A stretch of 64,000 bases of DNA. Origin: Azolla caroliniana (Eukaryota; Plantae; Polypodiophyta). The stretch covers positions 5,332,001 to 5,396,000 of the forward strand of contig JBHGNT010000015.1 of assembly GCA_043228905.1 (NCBI GenBank). The letters are read 5' to 3'. The first letter of the stretch is position 1; every line of letters begins with the position of its first letter. A model generated the notes under the pieces. It was given only the letters and a program-made list of their open reading frames with translations. It was not told the DNA's origin and searched no databases. The position numbers and the translations under genes are program-made. Positions 24,701-37,925 of the stretch are shown here, one piece after another.

Positions 24701-27134
24701 GAGAGAGCGGTTAGCATTCGAAGAACCAGCCGGATACGGTGAGGATACCGAACCGGCAGAAGAAGAAGTAGAGGAAGCTGAGACCGGAACCGGCCAAGAC
24801 CTCGAATCGGATTCGGATGAAGAACAGATGGATGAGCCGGTCACCGAAGCCCAGAGACGGAGATATCCTCTCAGAGAGAGAAGGGCCCCCCGGAGATTTC
24901 CGGATGCAGAGCATGTTTTGCTGACCAATGAGGGGGAGCCGGAAAGCTTCGAAGAAGCGAAGGAAGACACCCACAGCCAAAAATGGTTAAGTGCCATGCA
25001 GGATGAGATGGATTCCCTGCATGAGAACCATACATACGAATTGGTGGAGTTGCCGAAAGGAAAGCGGGCACTCCGAAACAAGTGGGTGTACAAGTTGAAA
25101 CCGGGAGATGCCGGCAACCCCCCGAGGTACAAAGCCAGGATCGTGGTGAAGGGGTTCCAGCAGAAGAAGGGCGTGGACTTCGACGAGATATTTGCCCCGG
25201 TAGTAAAGATGACCTCCATCCGAACGGTGCTGAGTATAGCGGCAAGCATGGACCTTGAGGTAGAGCAACTGGACGTGAAGACGGCATTCCTTCACGGCGA
25301 CCTCGAAGAGGAGATTTACATGCAGCAACCGGAAGGATTTGTGGAGAAAGGGAAGGAGCACCTGGTATGCCAGCTGAAGAAGAGCCTGTACAGACTAAAG
25401 CAGGCTCCCCGACAATGGTACCGAAAGTTCGATTCCTTCATGACCGATCAAGGGTACCACAAGACGCAGGCCTATCACTGCGTGTTTGTGAAGAAGTACG
25501 AAGGAGGCGACTTCTTGATACTCCTCCTGTACGTGGATGACATGTTGATCGTCGGACGTGACCAAGTCAAAATACGGATGCTGAAGAAGGCTCTCAACCG
25601 GACCTTCTCAATGAAAGACTTGGGTCCGGCAAGACAGATGTTGGGGATGCATATCATTCGGGACCGGTCAAAGAAGCAATTATGGCTGTCACAGGAGAAG
25701 TACGTGACAAAGGTGCTTCACCGGTTCAACATGTCAGAAGCAAAACCGGTCGGATCGACACTTCCGGCAAACTGCAAGCTATCCGGTAAGCAAAGCCCGA
25801 AGACGAAAGCAGAGAAGGCGGATATGATGAAGATTCCATATGCCTCTGCCGTCGGGAGCTTGATGTACGCAATGGTTTGTACCCGACCGGACATAGGATA
25901 CGTAGTCAGAGTGGTGAGCCGGTTTATGAGCAATCCCGGCAAGGAGCACTGGAACGCGGTCAAATGGATACTCCAATATTTGAAGGGCACTTCAAATATG
26001 TGTCTCCGATTCGGCTCCGGAAAACCTTAACTGGACGGTTTCACCGATTCGGACATGTCGGCTGATGTGGATACCAACCGGTCTACATCCAGGTATGTAA
26101 TGACATATGCAGGGGGGGTTGTTTCGTGGCAGTCGAGGCTGCAGAAGACGGTTGCATTGTCAACCACAAAGGTGGAGTACATGGCGGCTGTGGAAGCCGG
26201 CAAGGAAATATTATAGATGAAGGACTTCATCGGAGAGCTCGGTATCCGGCAAGAGGAATATCGACTCTATTGCGACAGTCAAAGTGTCATCCACCTTGCT
26301 AAGAATGCGGCCTACCATTCTCGGACGAAGCATATCCAGCGAAGATATCACTGGATCCGGGAAAGAGTAGATGACCAGGAGTTCGCGCTGACGAAGATCC
26401 ACACAGCCGAGAACGGGTCAGATATGCTGACCAAAGTTCTGATACCCGGCAAGTTGGATGCATGCCGGAAGCGGATCGGACTAATAAGACACCCCATGCT
26501 GGAGTGAAGGGGGAGTTTGTTGGGAGACAGGTCCCTCCGAATGGGAAGGGAGAAGAATAGTGCCGAAGAAGAGGAGTACCCGGCTACGGAGAGCCTGATG
26601 GTGCAGGCCCGGTGAGAACCGGATGAGGAGCACCCGGCTACGGAGAGCCGGATGACGCAGACCCGGTGAGAACCGGAGGAAGAGACATATTCGTAAATAT
26701 GTTTCTGAGAGCCCATCGAGGCTATATTTGTAAATAGCCGAAAAGTCATATTAGTATAAATATGACTTAGGGCAAACCTTTAGTTGTTTTTTGTCATTTT
26801 TCTTGTTGGTGCAAGAAGAAGAGAGAGCACGTAATAGTGTACAGAGAGAGAGAGAGAAAGAGGTCGTTGCCTCTGTTGTAACCGCCGCCTGTGGCGAAGA
26901 TATGTGAGTACGAGGTCGTTGCCTCAGTGAACTCACTGTTGTACATTCTTACATAGTGATAGTTTGCAGCTTGTGGGCTGCCGTGGTTTTCTCCCCTAGT
27001 TTGGGGTTTTCCACGTAAACCTCCTGTGCATCTTCCTCTTCTTTGTGTCGTGTTTTATTTCCCGTTTTTCTGTGTATCATTCTAAGCTCGGTTGTGGCCA
27101 AGCGTTGTGCATAAGGAGCCTTGAGTTCCCGTCA
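21751..27134 (+). mobile_element. Ty1/Copia (Tnt1-like) LTR retrotransposon nested in Gypsy gag
   Basis: LTRs 21751-22400 and 26518-27134; PBS TGGTATCAGAGC (tRNA-iMet) 22403-22414; PPT GAAGGGGGAG ~26506-26515; TSD GATAT/GATAG. Confidence 0.95.
22431..26507 (+). pseudogene. Copia gag-pol with premature stops and frameshifts
   Basis: CFYCGKTGH zinc knuckle, WVVDSGAS protease, integrase core, LYVDDML RT and RNase H ending SDMLTK. Stops at ~22803, 26028 and 26214; a 28-bp tandem duplication at 24210-24264 shifts the frame. Confidence 0.92.
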
Positions 27135-29124
27135 GATAGGGCCATTGAAGCGATCGTCGGCATGATAGGCCGGTTCGGTGGAAAGGACGCCACGAGCTAT
27201 TTGGAGGCCTACCGAGCCGAAATGGTGATGAGGGACATTCCGAAGGACAGGAGACTGGTCAGATTCCCTCGGGTGGCAATGTTGGGCATCCATGCGGAGG
27301 TGCTCGGGGTACGGGCTAAGAGCCGGACCTAGGAAGAGTTTGAAGGTCGGCTCCTTGAGAAATACGGGCTTGATGACGCACTTCGGCTATCGAAGCGGGA
27401 CTTCATGGAATGGGTGGAGACCCCCGAAAAGGGGAGAAACGCGTCGATGCTCCTCCGGGAGTTTGAAGAACGCTTCGCGCGTCTTTCAGCGCTGGACCGG
27501 ACCGTACTGGACACAAGTTGTGTCCTATTGTTCGTTAAATCGGTGGACGTGAGGGATCGGGAGCAAGTGGGCCTCCTGCTGGAGACCGACGATGGGCTGA
27601 CGGCCGACTGGGCCGTGGTGAAGAGAGTTTGCGGCCGTTTCGACAAACGACGAGAATGGGTCGATAAAGGCTCGACGAGGGCAAGCTCTGTTGCGGCAAG
27701 GAAGCTCGAGGTACCCCCACCGGTTGGAAGGGAGGAGACCCGAGACTGGCTCGAGACCGGCTCAACTTCGACCAGCGTGGTCAAAGGCCCGTCCAGAGGA
27801 GCGGCTCTGGAGGAGCTGACTCAGATGGTGAGGGACCTCCAGATTGCACAAGCACGGAGGGACAGCGGCGTACAAGCCCGTGACTGAAGACCTCAGGCTA
27901 GGCATTGATGCTTGTGGTGCGACGCGGTCGGCCACGCCTGGAAGGACTGCGGGGATTTCGCCGAAGCGATAAGGTCTAATGTGGTGTACCTATGGAACGG
28001 GCGGGTACACGCTAGCAAAACCAGGAGGGCCCTGGAACTGAACGTCGGACGAGGGGGAATGAAGCGGCTGATGGAAGAAATGGCGGCTCGCCATGCGAAG
28101 ACTGTCCACTACTCGGCGTCGGCAGGAATCCGGGTCGGGAACGACTAAGTCCGGAAGACGAAGCACTCCGAGTTCTGGCCGTTGATGCTACAAGGCCTCG
28201 CTGGCATACGATTGAGGAAAGAGGAAGCGGACCACACGGAAAGACGGATTTGGGAGGTAACCGAGTGGAGTGATCCGGTCGAAGAAAAGACAGGCTTCGT
28301 AGAAGCCGCATGCCAAAACTGCGAGGTTTTGATGGAAGAGAAGAGTGCGGGAAAAACCGGAGGGGCTGGACCCTCACAATAGTATGAGACCCGGTTCGGG
28401 CTAAGGCAGAATGACGTTGGTGCACCCGGCGCACTGGATAAAGCCAAGAAGGCCGGTTACCGGTTGAGCACGGAGATCAAAAGGACCATGGACCTACGAA
28501 AGGTCCTGGAGGAACGGATCCTCGACAGCAAAGTGGAGTTGTCACTGAGGGAAGTGCTAGGGATCGCCAAGAAGGAGTTCCACAACTCCATCGTAGACTT
28601 GGTGAAGAGAAAAAGGCTTTTGACGGAGCCGGAGCCGGAGAAGCTGGTGGAGGTGCGAACAACGCACCTAGAAGACATGGCCCTAGAAGATGAGTTGGCG
28701 GAAAGCCACTATTCGAGGCTACATTGGGCTAGAGCCACTACGGAGACCCCCGTTAAGATCAGAGATGTCCAGGAGCCGGTGGTGGCGTTGGTAGACCACG
28801 GTTCGGAAATCAACCTGATGTCCATGGACTTTTACAAGAAGGGCAAGTGGCCGATCAACACCAAGCACGGGTGGAAAATACGAGTGGCGATCTGCGCCAG
28901 GAGGAGCTACACGGAGCCTGCCCGAATGTACGAGTGAAAATCGGTGATGTCGAGATCGATCAGCACTTCTTTGTGCAGGAGATATCCTCGCATCTGGTGA
29001 TACTCGGGGAACCATACATCATGGTGGCACGAATGGAGACGAGGGTGCTGGACAACGGTTCGGCGTACACGCGTGTCAAGAGCCAGGACGGGCGTCACTC
29101 CGTCCAGTTTTTGACGGTACGACC

Positions 29125-32100
29125 TGTTATAGGTTTTAGGGTTAAGGATGATAATCATGATAAAGATAGACATGGTGGTCATGATGAGGATGATGAAGAG
29201 CATGATGATGAGAGATCGTATAGAGAAGCATAGAGAAGCATTGCGGGGTGGGGGGTGGTGCCTAGAATGGCTCCACCCCCCTCCCAAGGGGATTCAACGT
29301 TGAGGGGAGAAAGAGAGAAAGAGGGATGACAAGAGAGAGATTAGGAGAGAAATGGTTCATTCTTCATTCATTCCCCATAAGGGGGTTAAATAGTACAAGA
29401 GGGGGTAGATACAAAGGGGTGTAAGCTCCATAGAGCATTCATACTGGACACTCACTCACACCTCATCGTATCCCTCCACATGCACACACGTGTGCATGTG
29501 TTCACATACATATCAACTCACAATTACATTTATGTTCCCTACACATATACAACATCATCATGATAATATTCGACCCTCGCTCATCACACTTGACTCTCCG
29601 TACAACTCGTACGGGGTAACACATATGGCACGCCCGTGGGAAAGTGCGTTGCACGTCGATCCCACATGCCTTGATGATGATATCTCTTCGACCGGAACTT
29701 CCATCGGTCCTTTCAACGATCGACTCCCTCGATCGGAGCGCTTGACTCGATCATCTCCATCGGTCAGCGACTTTTCCGCGACACGAACATTCTCATTCTG
29801 TCGTCTTACGAACTTTGGTATCCTCTTTCGGGTCCTTAAAAATGTTGTGTGCATGTATGTTATTCTTTGTTGATTTTGTGAGTTGTCATGGTCGATCACG
29901 TCCATTTCTTTAGGTGGATGAGATTTCAAAATTTCATAGGTGCCCTTTGATTTTTTAAAATTTTCTTATATACCCTCAGGTTTTTACAATTATGTTTGAT
30001 ACCCTCATCTTTCTTCTTTCCTTCTCTTCTTTCCCTCTTCTTTTCCATTTCTGTTACTACTTCTTTCTTTCTTTCTCGCCTGCTTTCTTCTTCCTCATTC
30101 TTTCTTCCCGTTCTTCCTTATTCTTCCGTGTATGCCTTTCTCTCTCTTCTTTCTGTCTCTTCTTTCTGTTTCTCAGACTGCATCATCTTCTTCTTTCTCT
30201 TCTTCATTCACCACTGCTATGTCCATTGTCCGTTGCTTCCCATCCTTCTACTCCCTGTCGTTTCCTGTTTTCTTCTTCCTCTTTCTATTTCTCCATCTTC
30301 TTCTATGCCTATCGCTTTCTTGCTTCTCTGTTTCTGTTTCTTCTTATTTTCTTCGTATTTCTTCCTTTGTTTTGACGCATCCCGTCGGCCTCCTGTTAGG
30401 TCTGCGCCTGTGGTGGTTGTCGGCTCTTCCGAGGTCTCTGTCTCTCTATTCATCCACTGGTTGTTGTCCGGCCATCCGTTGTCCGATCGTCGTCCCATTC
30501 CAGCCGTTGTTTGGCGGTTCTTTGTCCAGCCCGTCTGGCCACTCCGACCACTGTTCGGCTATTCTAGATGCTGCGGTCGCTCCTCGGCCACTGTTTGGCC
30601 GTCGTGGCCATCTCCGACCGCTGTTGTCGTCCTTGTCCGGCAACCTCCATTCCGACGCCGTTCGGCCACTACGACCGCTCTTAGGTCGCTCTTCCGTCTC
30701 TGTCGGTGTCTGGTCGTCTGTCTATTTCTCTATCTCCGTAGCACTTTTGGTATTGATGTCAACGACCCTTCGGTCCCGGACATTCTGTTCATTTGTCCGG
30801 CCCATTCCGGTCAGTCTCTGTTTGTCACCATCGCTTTGTGATTGGCCGCCTCTATTCGGACGCATATCCCACCGCGACTGTTTGTTCTTTGTCATTGTTT
30901 CGGTCGTAGCTCGGTCCGGCGCCATTCAGCCACTCCAACTGCTCTTCGGTCGCTCTCCGGTCGGAGCTTTTCCGGCTTCACCTCCATCTCTATCTATCTT
31001 GGTGCTGTCGACCGCTCTTCCGCTTCTATCCGGTGATACCGGCTTCCCTATCGTCCCTGTCCGGTGCCTGTGTGCCTTCTGTCCGGCAATGTTGCCCCAT
31101 GGTCGCCATTGTTAGTCTCGTCCGGTATTCGACCTAGGGTTTGCTCGTGGCTTTCTGGTGTCTCTGGTCCTCGATGTCTGGTCTGCTTTTGCATCTCCTT
31201 CTCCGTCTTCTATGGCCATTCGATGTGAACCAAGTCTGGTTCTTGCTCCGATTCCGGTTTCGACTCTTTCTGCGTTGCTTCGTCTGGAACCATCTCTCGT
31301 GCACTCTCAGCACATCCTGCCGGCCTCCGCTCCACACACTGCGTCTTTTCCACCGCAGTCTCCTGGTGGGCTTCTCTTACCGGTCGTGCTTGCACCGGTT
31401 CTCTTTGCGTCGCTGTTTGTCCAGTCGTGCATCTTGCACCACGCTTCGAACACGCACATTGTCACTAACCGCATTCGGAAACACGTACATGGACACCAAT
31501 CGCAACCTTACATAAACACCGTTCCATTCATGAATTCTTTCATCGCATTGTCATTTCCTGTACTCACACAAATATGTCGCTATGGCCTTCGCTATGGCCT
31601 TCATCACCGCGTATCATTCTTTGACTCCGTTTCCAAAGGGGGGTCGCCGTAGTGGTCGCCAAAAGGTGTTATAGGTTTTAGGGTTAAGGATGATAATCAT
31701 GATAAAGATAGACATGGTGGTCATGATGAGGATGATGAAGAGCATGATGATGAGAGATCGTATAGAGAAGCATAGAGAAGCATTGCGGGGTGGGGGGTGG
31801 TGCCTAGAATGGCTCCACCCCCCTCCCAAGGGGATTCAACGTTGAGGGGAGAGAGAGAGAAAGAGGGATGACAAGAGAGAGATTAGGAGAGAAATGGTTC
31901 ATTCTTCATTCATTCCCCATAAGGGGGTTAAATAGTACAAGAGGGGGTAGATACAAAGGGGTGTAAGCTCCATAGAGCATTCATACTGGACACTCACTCA
32001 CACCTCATCGTATCCCTCCACATGCACACACGTGTGCATGTGTTCACATACATATCAACTCACAATTACATTTATGTTCCCTACACATATACAACATCAT

Positions 32101-32163
32101 CATGATAATATTCGACCCTCGCTCATCACACTTGACTCTCCGTACAACTCGTACGGGGTAACA
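29125..32163 (-). mobile_element. Young non-autonomous LTR element (LARD/TRIM-like, 3039 bp) nested between Gypsy PR and RT
   Basis: The 497-bp LTRs 29125-29621 and 31667-32163 (TGTTA..TAACA) differ at about one position by eye. TSD CGACC/CAACC; removal restores FLTVRPNHE. No gag/pol in the interior. Strand inferred from TATA-like CTATTTAA on the minus strand. Confidence 0.9.
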
Positions 32164-34364
32164 CAACCGAACCATGAATAGAACCGAGAGACCCTCGGCG
32201 GCGAAAGCTGAGGGGAATTTTAGAAAGGGCTATCAAGGTGTGGGGCCGCAATAGTCCGGACACCCCGAGAAAACCCCACAGATGTACTATAGGGAAGAAA
32301 ACTTGTACCATAGGTAGGAAGTTTTGGTTCTCTGACAACGGAGGTTGTACAATAACCAACGTCGTTGACCGGGAGAAGAAGCGAGCAAAAGAGCGACTCA
32401 GGGCATGCGGAGTCCTCGGCCCCGGAGAGGAAATCAACGGAGCCGTGGAGGCAGTCTCTTTCGACAACACCTTGGGGAAGCTACGGGAGGTGTTCGGAAA
32501 GGGCCTTAGTGAAGACCAGACGATTCCGGTATGTTCAGAAAAGATGTACGAAGTCATCACCGACTTCGGTAGAGGACGTGAGTCGGATCGGATGGCCCGA
32601 GTGGACACAAAGTACCAGACTGTGGACCGGAAGGTGAGGCTAGTCGCGGCACCCTTGCCGGAGGGCAACGAGTTATGGATGAAAGAGGTCGCGTTGGACC
32701 CGATTTTATGAGATCCGGCCGGCATAGGACACCGGTTCACCGACATAACGCTACGAGAGCTCAAGGTCGGTGGGGGTGGCTTTCTACTACCAACGGAGGA
32801 GGACCGGTTTCGGAGAATGCTCGGGAGGCACGGAAAGGCCTTCGTATTCTCGCCGGAGGAGATCGGGTGAGTAGACCCGACGATTGTGGAACCGATGGTG
32901 ATCTTCACGGTACCGCATGTACCATGGAATCTCAAACCAATTCCAGTACCCAGAGCTCACATCCTGAATCTGATGGAGCTGCTGAAACAGAAGGTGGATA
33001 TGGGCATCCTGGAACCGTCGAGTGCCCTGTATTCTAATCGGTGGTTTACCGTGCCCAAGAAGAACGGCACACTGCGCTTCATTCAGGACCTGCAACCGGT
33101 CAACAAGGTGACCATTCGGAACACAGGAATAAGACCGACCATAGACGAGTTCGCAGACTCTTTCACCGAAAGGTCAATTTACTCGGTCGATGATCTGTAC
33201 TCGGGATAAGATCAGTTTCAGCTAGCCGTGGAGAGCAGGGACATTACGACGATGCGGACTCCTCTCGGCCTAGTACGGATGTGTACCCTTCCGCAAGGAG
33301 GTACGAACTCGGTAGCCCACATGGTGAACGTAATGAACAAAGTGCTAAGGGATTGTATCCCGGACATCACCATGCCATTCTTAGACGACATCTCGATCAA
33401 AGGATGCCCAGTGGAGGATAAGGACGAGACAATCGGACTGGACGAATGACGGAAATTCGTGGCGGACCACGTCAATGACTACGAGAAGGTGCTGCAAAGA
33501 CTAGAAGGCGCGAGGCTCACCTTCTCCGAGGAAAAATCAGCCTTCGGGCAATAGGAGATCATGGTCGTTGGGCACCTATGCGGGCCATTCAGTCGGAAGC
33601 CGTCACCGGCCAAGGTAGAGGCCATCTCCATGATGAAGCGCGACTACAATTCAGTCACGGAAGTCCAGAGATTCTTGGGAGCATGCGCGTTCTACCATAT
33701 CTGGATCCCGCATTACGCCCACGTCGCAGAGCCGCTCTATGGACTGCTGAAGAAAGGGCATAAATTCAAGTGGAGAGAGGAGCATACGGAGTCAGTCCGG
33801 AAAATGAAGGAAGCACTTGTTGCGGCACCGGCACTCCGGAAAGCGGTCTACGATAAAGACATTCCGGTTTACGTGACCGTAGACACAAGTCCGACCGGAA
33901 TCGGGTGGGTAATCAACTAGGAGGATGAGAATGGCACGAGGTTCCCCATCCGGTTCAGCGCGAAAGTCCTCAGTGAACGACAGCGAGAGTACGCCCAAGT
34001 TAAACGCGAACTTAGGGGTATCATTTCGGCGGTCAAGGCCGACAAGGACTACCTAATCAGGACGGAGGTGATAATTGAGACGGACTGCCTGCCGCTTCTC
34101 GGTATGGTTTCCAGATGCGCGACGCCGGTTTCTGATCGAAGAAGTGGTATGCCGATAGTGGCCCATGAGGAGATCGTTCGCTCCATCGGCATGACTGGCT
34201 TCTGGCCGTACATCAGCTCTATCGGCATGAACGCGGTTACCGAACTGTGCGTAGTTCGGTTGGCCCACAACGCATAGGGTAAGAGCCGTGGCCAGTTTCC
34301 GACTTGGCCTCCACATGCCCGCACTAACGCACAGTTCGTAGGAAAGATCATAGCCGACAGTGGA

Positions 34365-34774
34365 TGTTACGGGCATGACCATTTAATATCCCGTGGTGAG
34401 AATTTACCGTAGTATTCTATACACGTGTATAAGTGTGAGAGTTAAACAATAGTGTAAAGAAGGGGAGGATTACTTGCCTGGGGGCCTTGGGTATCGCTAT
34501 AAATAAGAGGCCTAGCTACCCTCATTGGATCATCTTTTGACTACATCGAGACTTTGCTCTTGTGGTGGGTCAACTCTTGTAGCGAGTGCGCCAGCACCAT
34601 GTACGACTCGATGCCACGGCGGTGGTATGGGACGCCGATCGATGCTTGAGTCCGTCTCGATCCCTTCACTCGGGGGTGGTCGGGTGGATCGGCACCCTTC
34701 TTTCTCTTTCTCCTTTCTATCTATCATTAGTTTATCCTTATCTTAAGCTTACTTTAGTACCTAGATCTCTAATA
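34365..34774 (+). mobile_element. Solo LTR (410 bp) inserted in Gypsy integrase
   Basis: TGTTA...TAATA ends, perfect 5-bp TSD GTGGA (34360-34364 / 34775-34779), internal CTATAAATA; removal restores KIIADSGELD. Confidence 0.85.
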
Positions 34775-37699
34775 GTGGAGAACTGGACACACAAGAGGCT
34801 GAAGAGCTGTTTGACCAGCTAGGGGTTAAACTCTCGCTCACCACGGCGTACAATCCAGAGGCGAACGGGAAGGTGGAACGCGGACACAGGCCGATCGTCA
34901 AAGCGTTAGTGCAAGCATGTGGAGGCCAAGTCGGAAACTGGTCGCGGCTCTTACCCTATGCGTTGTGGGCCGACCGAACTATGCACAATTCGGTAACCGC
35001 GTTCATGCCGGTGGAGCTGATGTACGGCCAGAAGCCGGTCATGCCGATGGAGCGAACGATCTCCTCATGGGCCACGATGGACTGGAGAGATGAGATGAGC
35101 CGGGAGAAGCTGTTAGCGGCAGGGATCCGACAGCTCGAGCGAAGACCGGAGGATGTGGAACGAGCCGCGAAAAAGCTACGGGCCGCGAGGGTAAAGAGCA
35201 AGGGAAGATTCAATCGGTCCCACCGATTAAGGCCGAAGAAAATCGAGGAAGGCGACTGGGTTCTGGTATATGACAGCAACCTCGACAACCAGCACAAGGC
35301 GATGCGGAAATTCGCAAGGAGGTGGTTTGGGCCTTACGTGGTGACAAGCGCCAACGACAACGAGACCTACCATCTCGCGGAGCTTGACGAGACAAGGATG
35401 GCAGTACCGGTGGCCGGGAAAAGGATCAAAGCGTTCAAAAAGCGGCATGAGGATGAACCGGACCCGGACGACCGGTTCGGAGTGAATGGCGATTAAGCGC
35501 GGGCCGGTCTTCTCCGGCAAGAGTCTATTTTGGCACATACCGGTGGATGCACGGTTAGGTGGGGGCGGATGTCGTTGAGAAAACCGTCCCTAGGCGGAAT
35601 CGGAGAATAATGTGCGCGAACCGGCCCTTACATGCGGGCACAAGTTTTGTTGTAATGTACATATTTAGGTACAAGTCGGCTGATGTGAATATCCTAGGTC
35701 GCACGGATTTGATAGCTAGGAAATCGAGTCATATCTCTGTCCGAAATGACAAAGAGTAAAGATGATGTAACAAGTTGTAACGACCTCCCTCCTTGGGCTA
35801 TAAAAGAGAGGGAGAGGAATCGTAAAAGGGATCGCTTTTTGTCGAGGACAAAGTGTTGTCGGACTGGGACCGAGCTCTTCTCCTCCGTCTTTCTCTGTAT
35901 TTGCGTTGTGCAGGTTTTCGGGAGGCTGACTTTGCTCCGCGGAACGCCCGAGTGCTTCCGGCAGAGTCTCCATCTCGTGTGTGTGCGTGTGTGCGTGTGT
36001 GCGTGTGTGCGTGTAGGCGTCAAAGCTTGTCGCTCACCGGCCTGCCGGTTGTAACCCCTTTCATTTGATATATATATATATACATACACACATTCATCTG
36101 GTTTCAATCGGTTGCGGTTTCTGTGTAGTTGTGTGTGTGCGAAGCACGGCCGTTGTCTTTCTTGCTCCCCCTCCTGCTCTCTTGTTCCTCAGTCCAAGAC
36201 CCCTGTGGTCCCACCTCGTTCTACACGCACACGCGTAATAACGTGACACCGTGAATCTTGGATTGCCACAAATGGTGAACTCTCACAAACACGTTGTTGT
36301 CTTTTATTGTGTTAGTTCCATTCAAAAAAATCATGGGTTGACAACTTGTTTCAAAGGATGTGCCAACTCAGGTATTGCATTAGCGAATCATCCTTCAATG
36401 CAATGTGTGAGGAGGTAAGGCAAGAATACTTAGACAAACCTGGAGTTCGGCAATATATCGAAGGTGGATGGTGTGGACAAACTTGTGTTTTGAGGAGTCT
36501 ATGGCCCAAGTTTGGTAGACTATTCAATTATGGACATGTTGACACTGCCAATCTTGTGGAGAGACATTGGCAATTTCTCAAGTACATTGCCTTGAGAGGA
36601 AGAATAAACCGTTCTATTATTGATCTTGTGCATGTTTTAATCGGGGACAATGTCTCTGGCACTTGCATCGGCGGGACCGTGGTAGAATGGTACATGCAAG
36701 GACAAGAGATATGTGAGAGTGGTAGATTCCAACCCCGTGCAAATTGTAAGGATCAAAGGTCAAGACTTAAAGAGATTGAGAGGATACTAGAAAGATATGT
36801 GACCGATAGCAACTCAGTGCATATTGTGGACGAGGCCCGATATTGGTTTTGAATATTGAGCATGACCACTCCCACTGTGTGGTACAATGTCTCACTCCAA
36901 TGTTCATATTGTGATTGTCAAGACTTTGTAAGTAAATGTAAGCATTTGCTTGCCATTCGGATGATCGTTGAGAGACATATGCCGTCACTATGTGGATCAT
37001 TACCATTTATAGATCATGCAACCCAAATGCGAATGGATGATGCCACAATGGATAGAGAACTAGAGTCGACACAAGAAGCAGAAGTCGAGATGAATGTAGA
37101 AGTTGACGAAAGGGAAGAAATAAAGTTAGAAGCACATCAAACTATGGAAGCACTTCAACTTCCCGAGCAAGGATGGGGAGCAATGAATAGTGCGGCTCTT
37201 GAGCATTGTCAGCAACTCATGGTAGATTTTCAAAAGGAATTGCTCTTATCTATGGGTGCATCGGCAACAACCAATATGGCATTGAGAGGTTCAATAAATC
37301 GAAAGCAACAAATTGGTGCGAAAAGAGGAGCCATGCCCAACATTTCACAAGAACTTATTGGCAACTCCCCAAACACAACCAAAACACACACTGGCAAACT
37401 ACGAAGAGGTGCTCGCCGTGCTAAGAGACGGTTGCTAATATGTGACACTAAGAAGGTTCGGTGTTTGCATTGTGATGGTTTGACATTGAGTTCAAGAGAC
37501 TCCAATGCAAATTGCTGCAAAAATTATGAGTGTATCTTGCCATCCTTTGAACAAGAGCCTTGATCTCATAGTTTTTTATTACATTACATCATGTGATTTT
37601 TATATGTAAAATCGTGCAATTTTGTATTTTTTTTAAAAATTTGATGTTTTTGAGTAATCTTAGCGTCTGTTTTAAACAATGATCTCTTTAGAAATTTTA

Positions 37700-37925
37700 A
37701 TCGGGTACCCGGGTTAGGTGCATGCAGCCAGGTTAGGTTCATGTACCCAGGTTAGGTTTAAGTACCTGGGTTAGGTTTAGGTGTTACAGAATAGCTTGTC
37801 AGACCTGGGTTAGGTGTGACAAAGGCTTGTCAAACCCGAGGTTAGATGTGACAGATCCGATTGTCAGACCCGGGCCGGGTTAGACGTGACAGAGGCTTGT
37901 CAGACCCGGGCTGGGTTTTAGGCGC
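37700..37925. repeat. GGGTTAG(G/A)-containing subterminal repeats near the MULE 3' end
   Basis: Repeated GGGTTAGGT / GCTTGTCAGACCCGGG units. Confidence 0.65.

Larger units (their letters stand above)
20944..36248 (+). mobile_element. Ty3/Gypsy LTR retrotransposon (defective), tRNA-Trp PBS, 4-bp TSD
   Basis: LTRs are 20944-21620 and 35570-36248 (TG..CA). PBS TGGTGAACCCGACATG at 21625-21640; PPT ~35557-35569; TSD CCAT/CCGT. Domain order is gag (GRFGGKDAT, CxxCxxxxHxxxxC), PR (LVDHGSEIN), RT (PFLDDI), RH, INT (YNPEANGKVERGH), with many stops. Confidence 0.93.

Noticed and set aside
29992-31652. Long Phe/Leu/Ser-rich plus-strand ORFs (281 and 327 aa) as membrane or env-like proteins
   Set aside because: They are open in overlapping frames because A-poor sequence lacks stop codons, and they have no recognisable motifs.
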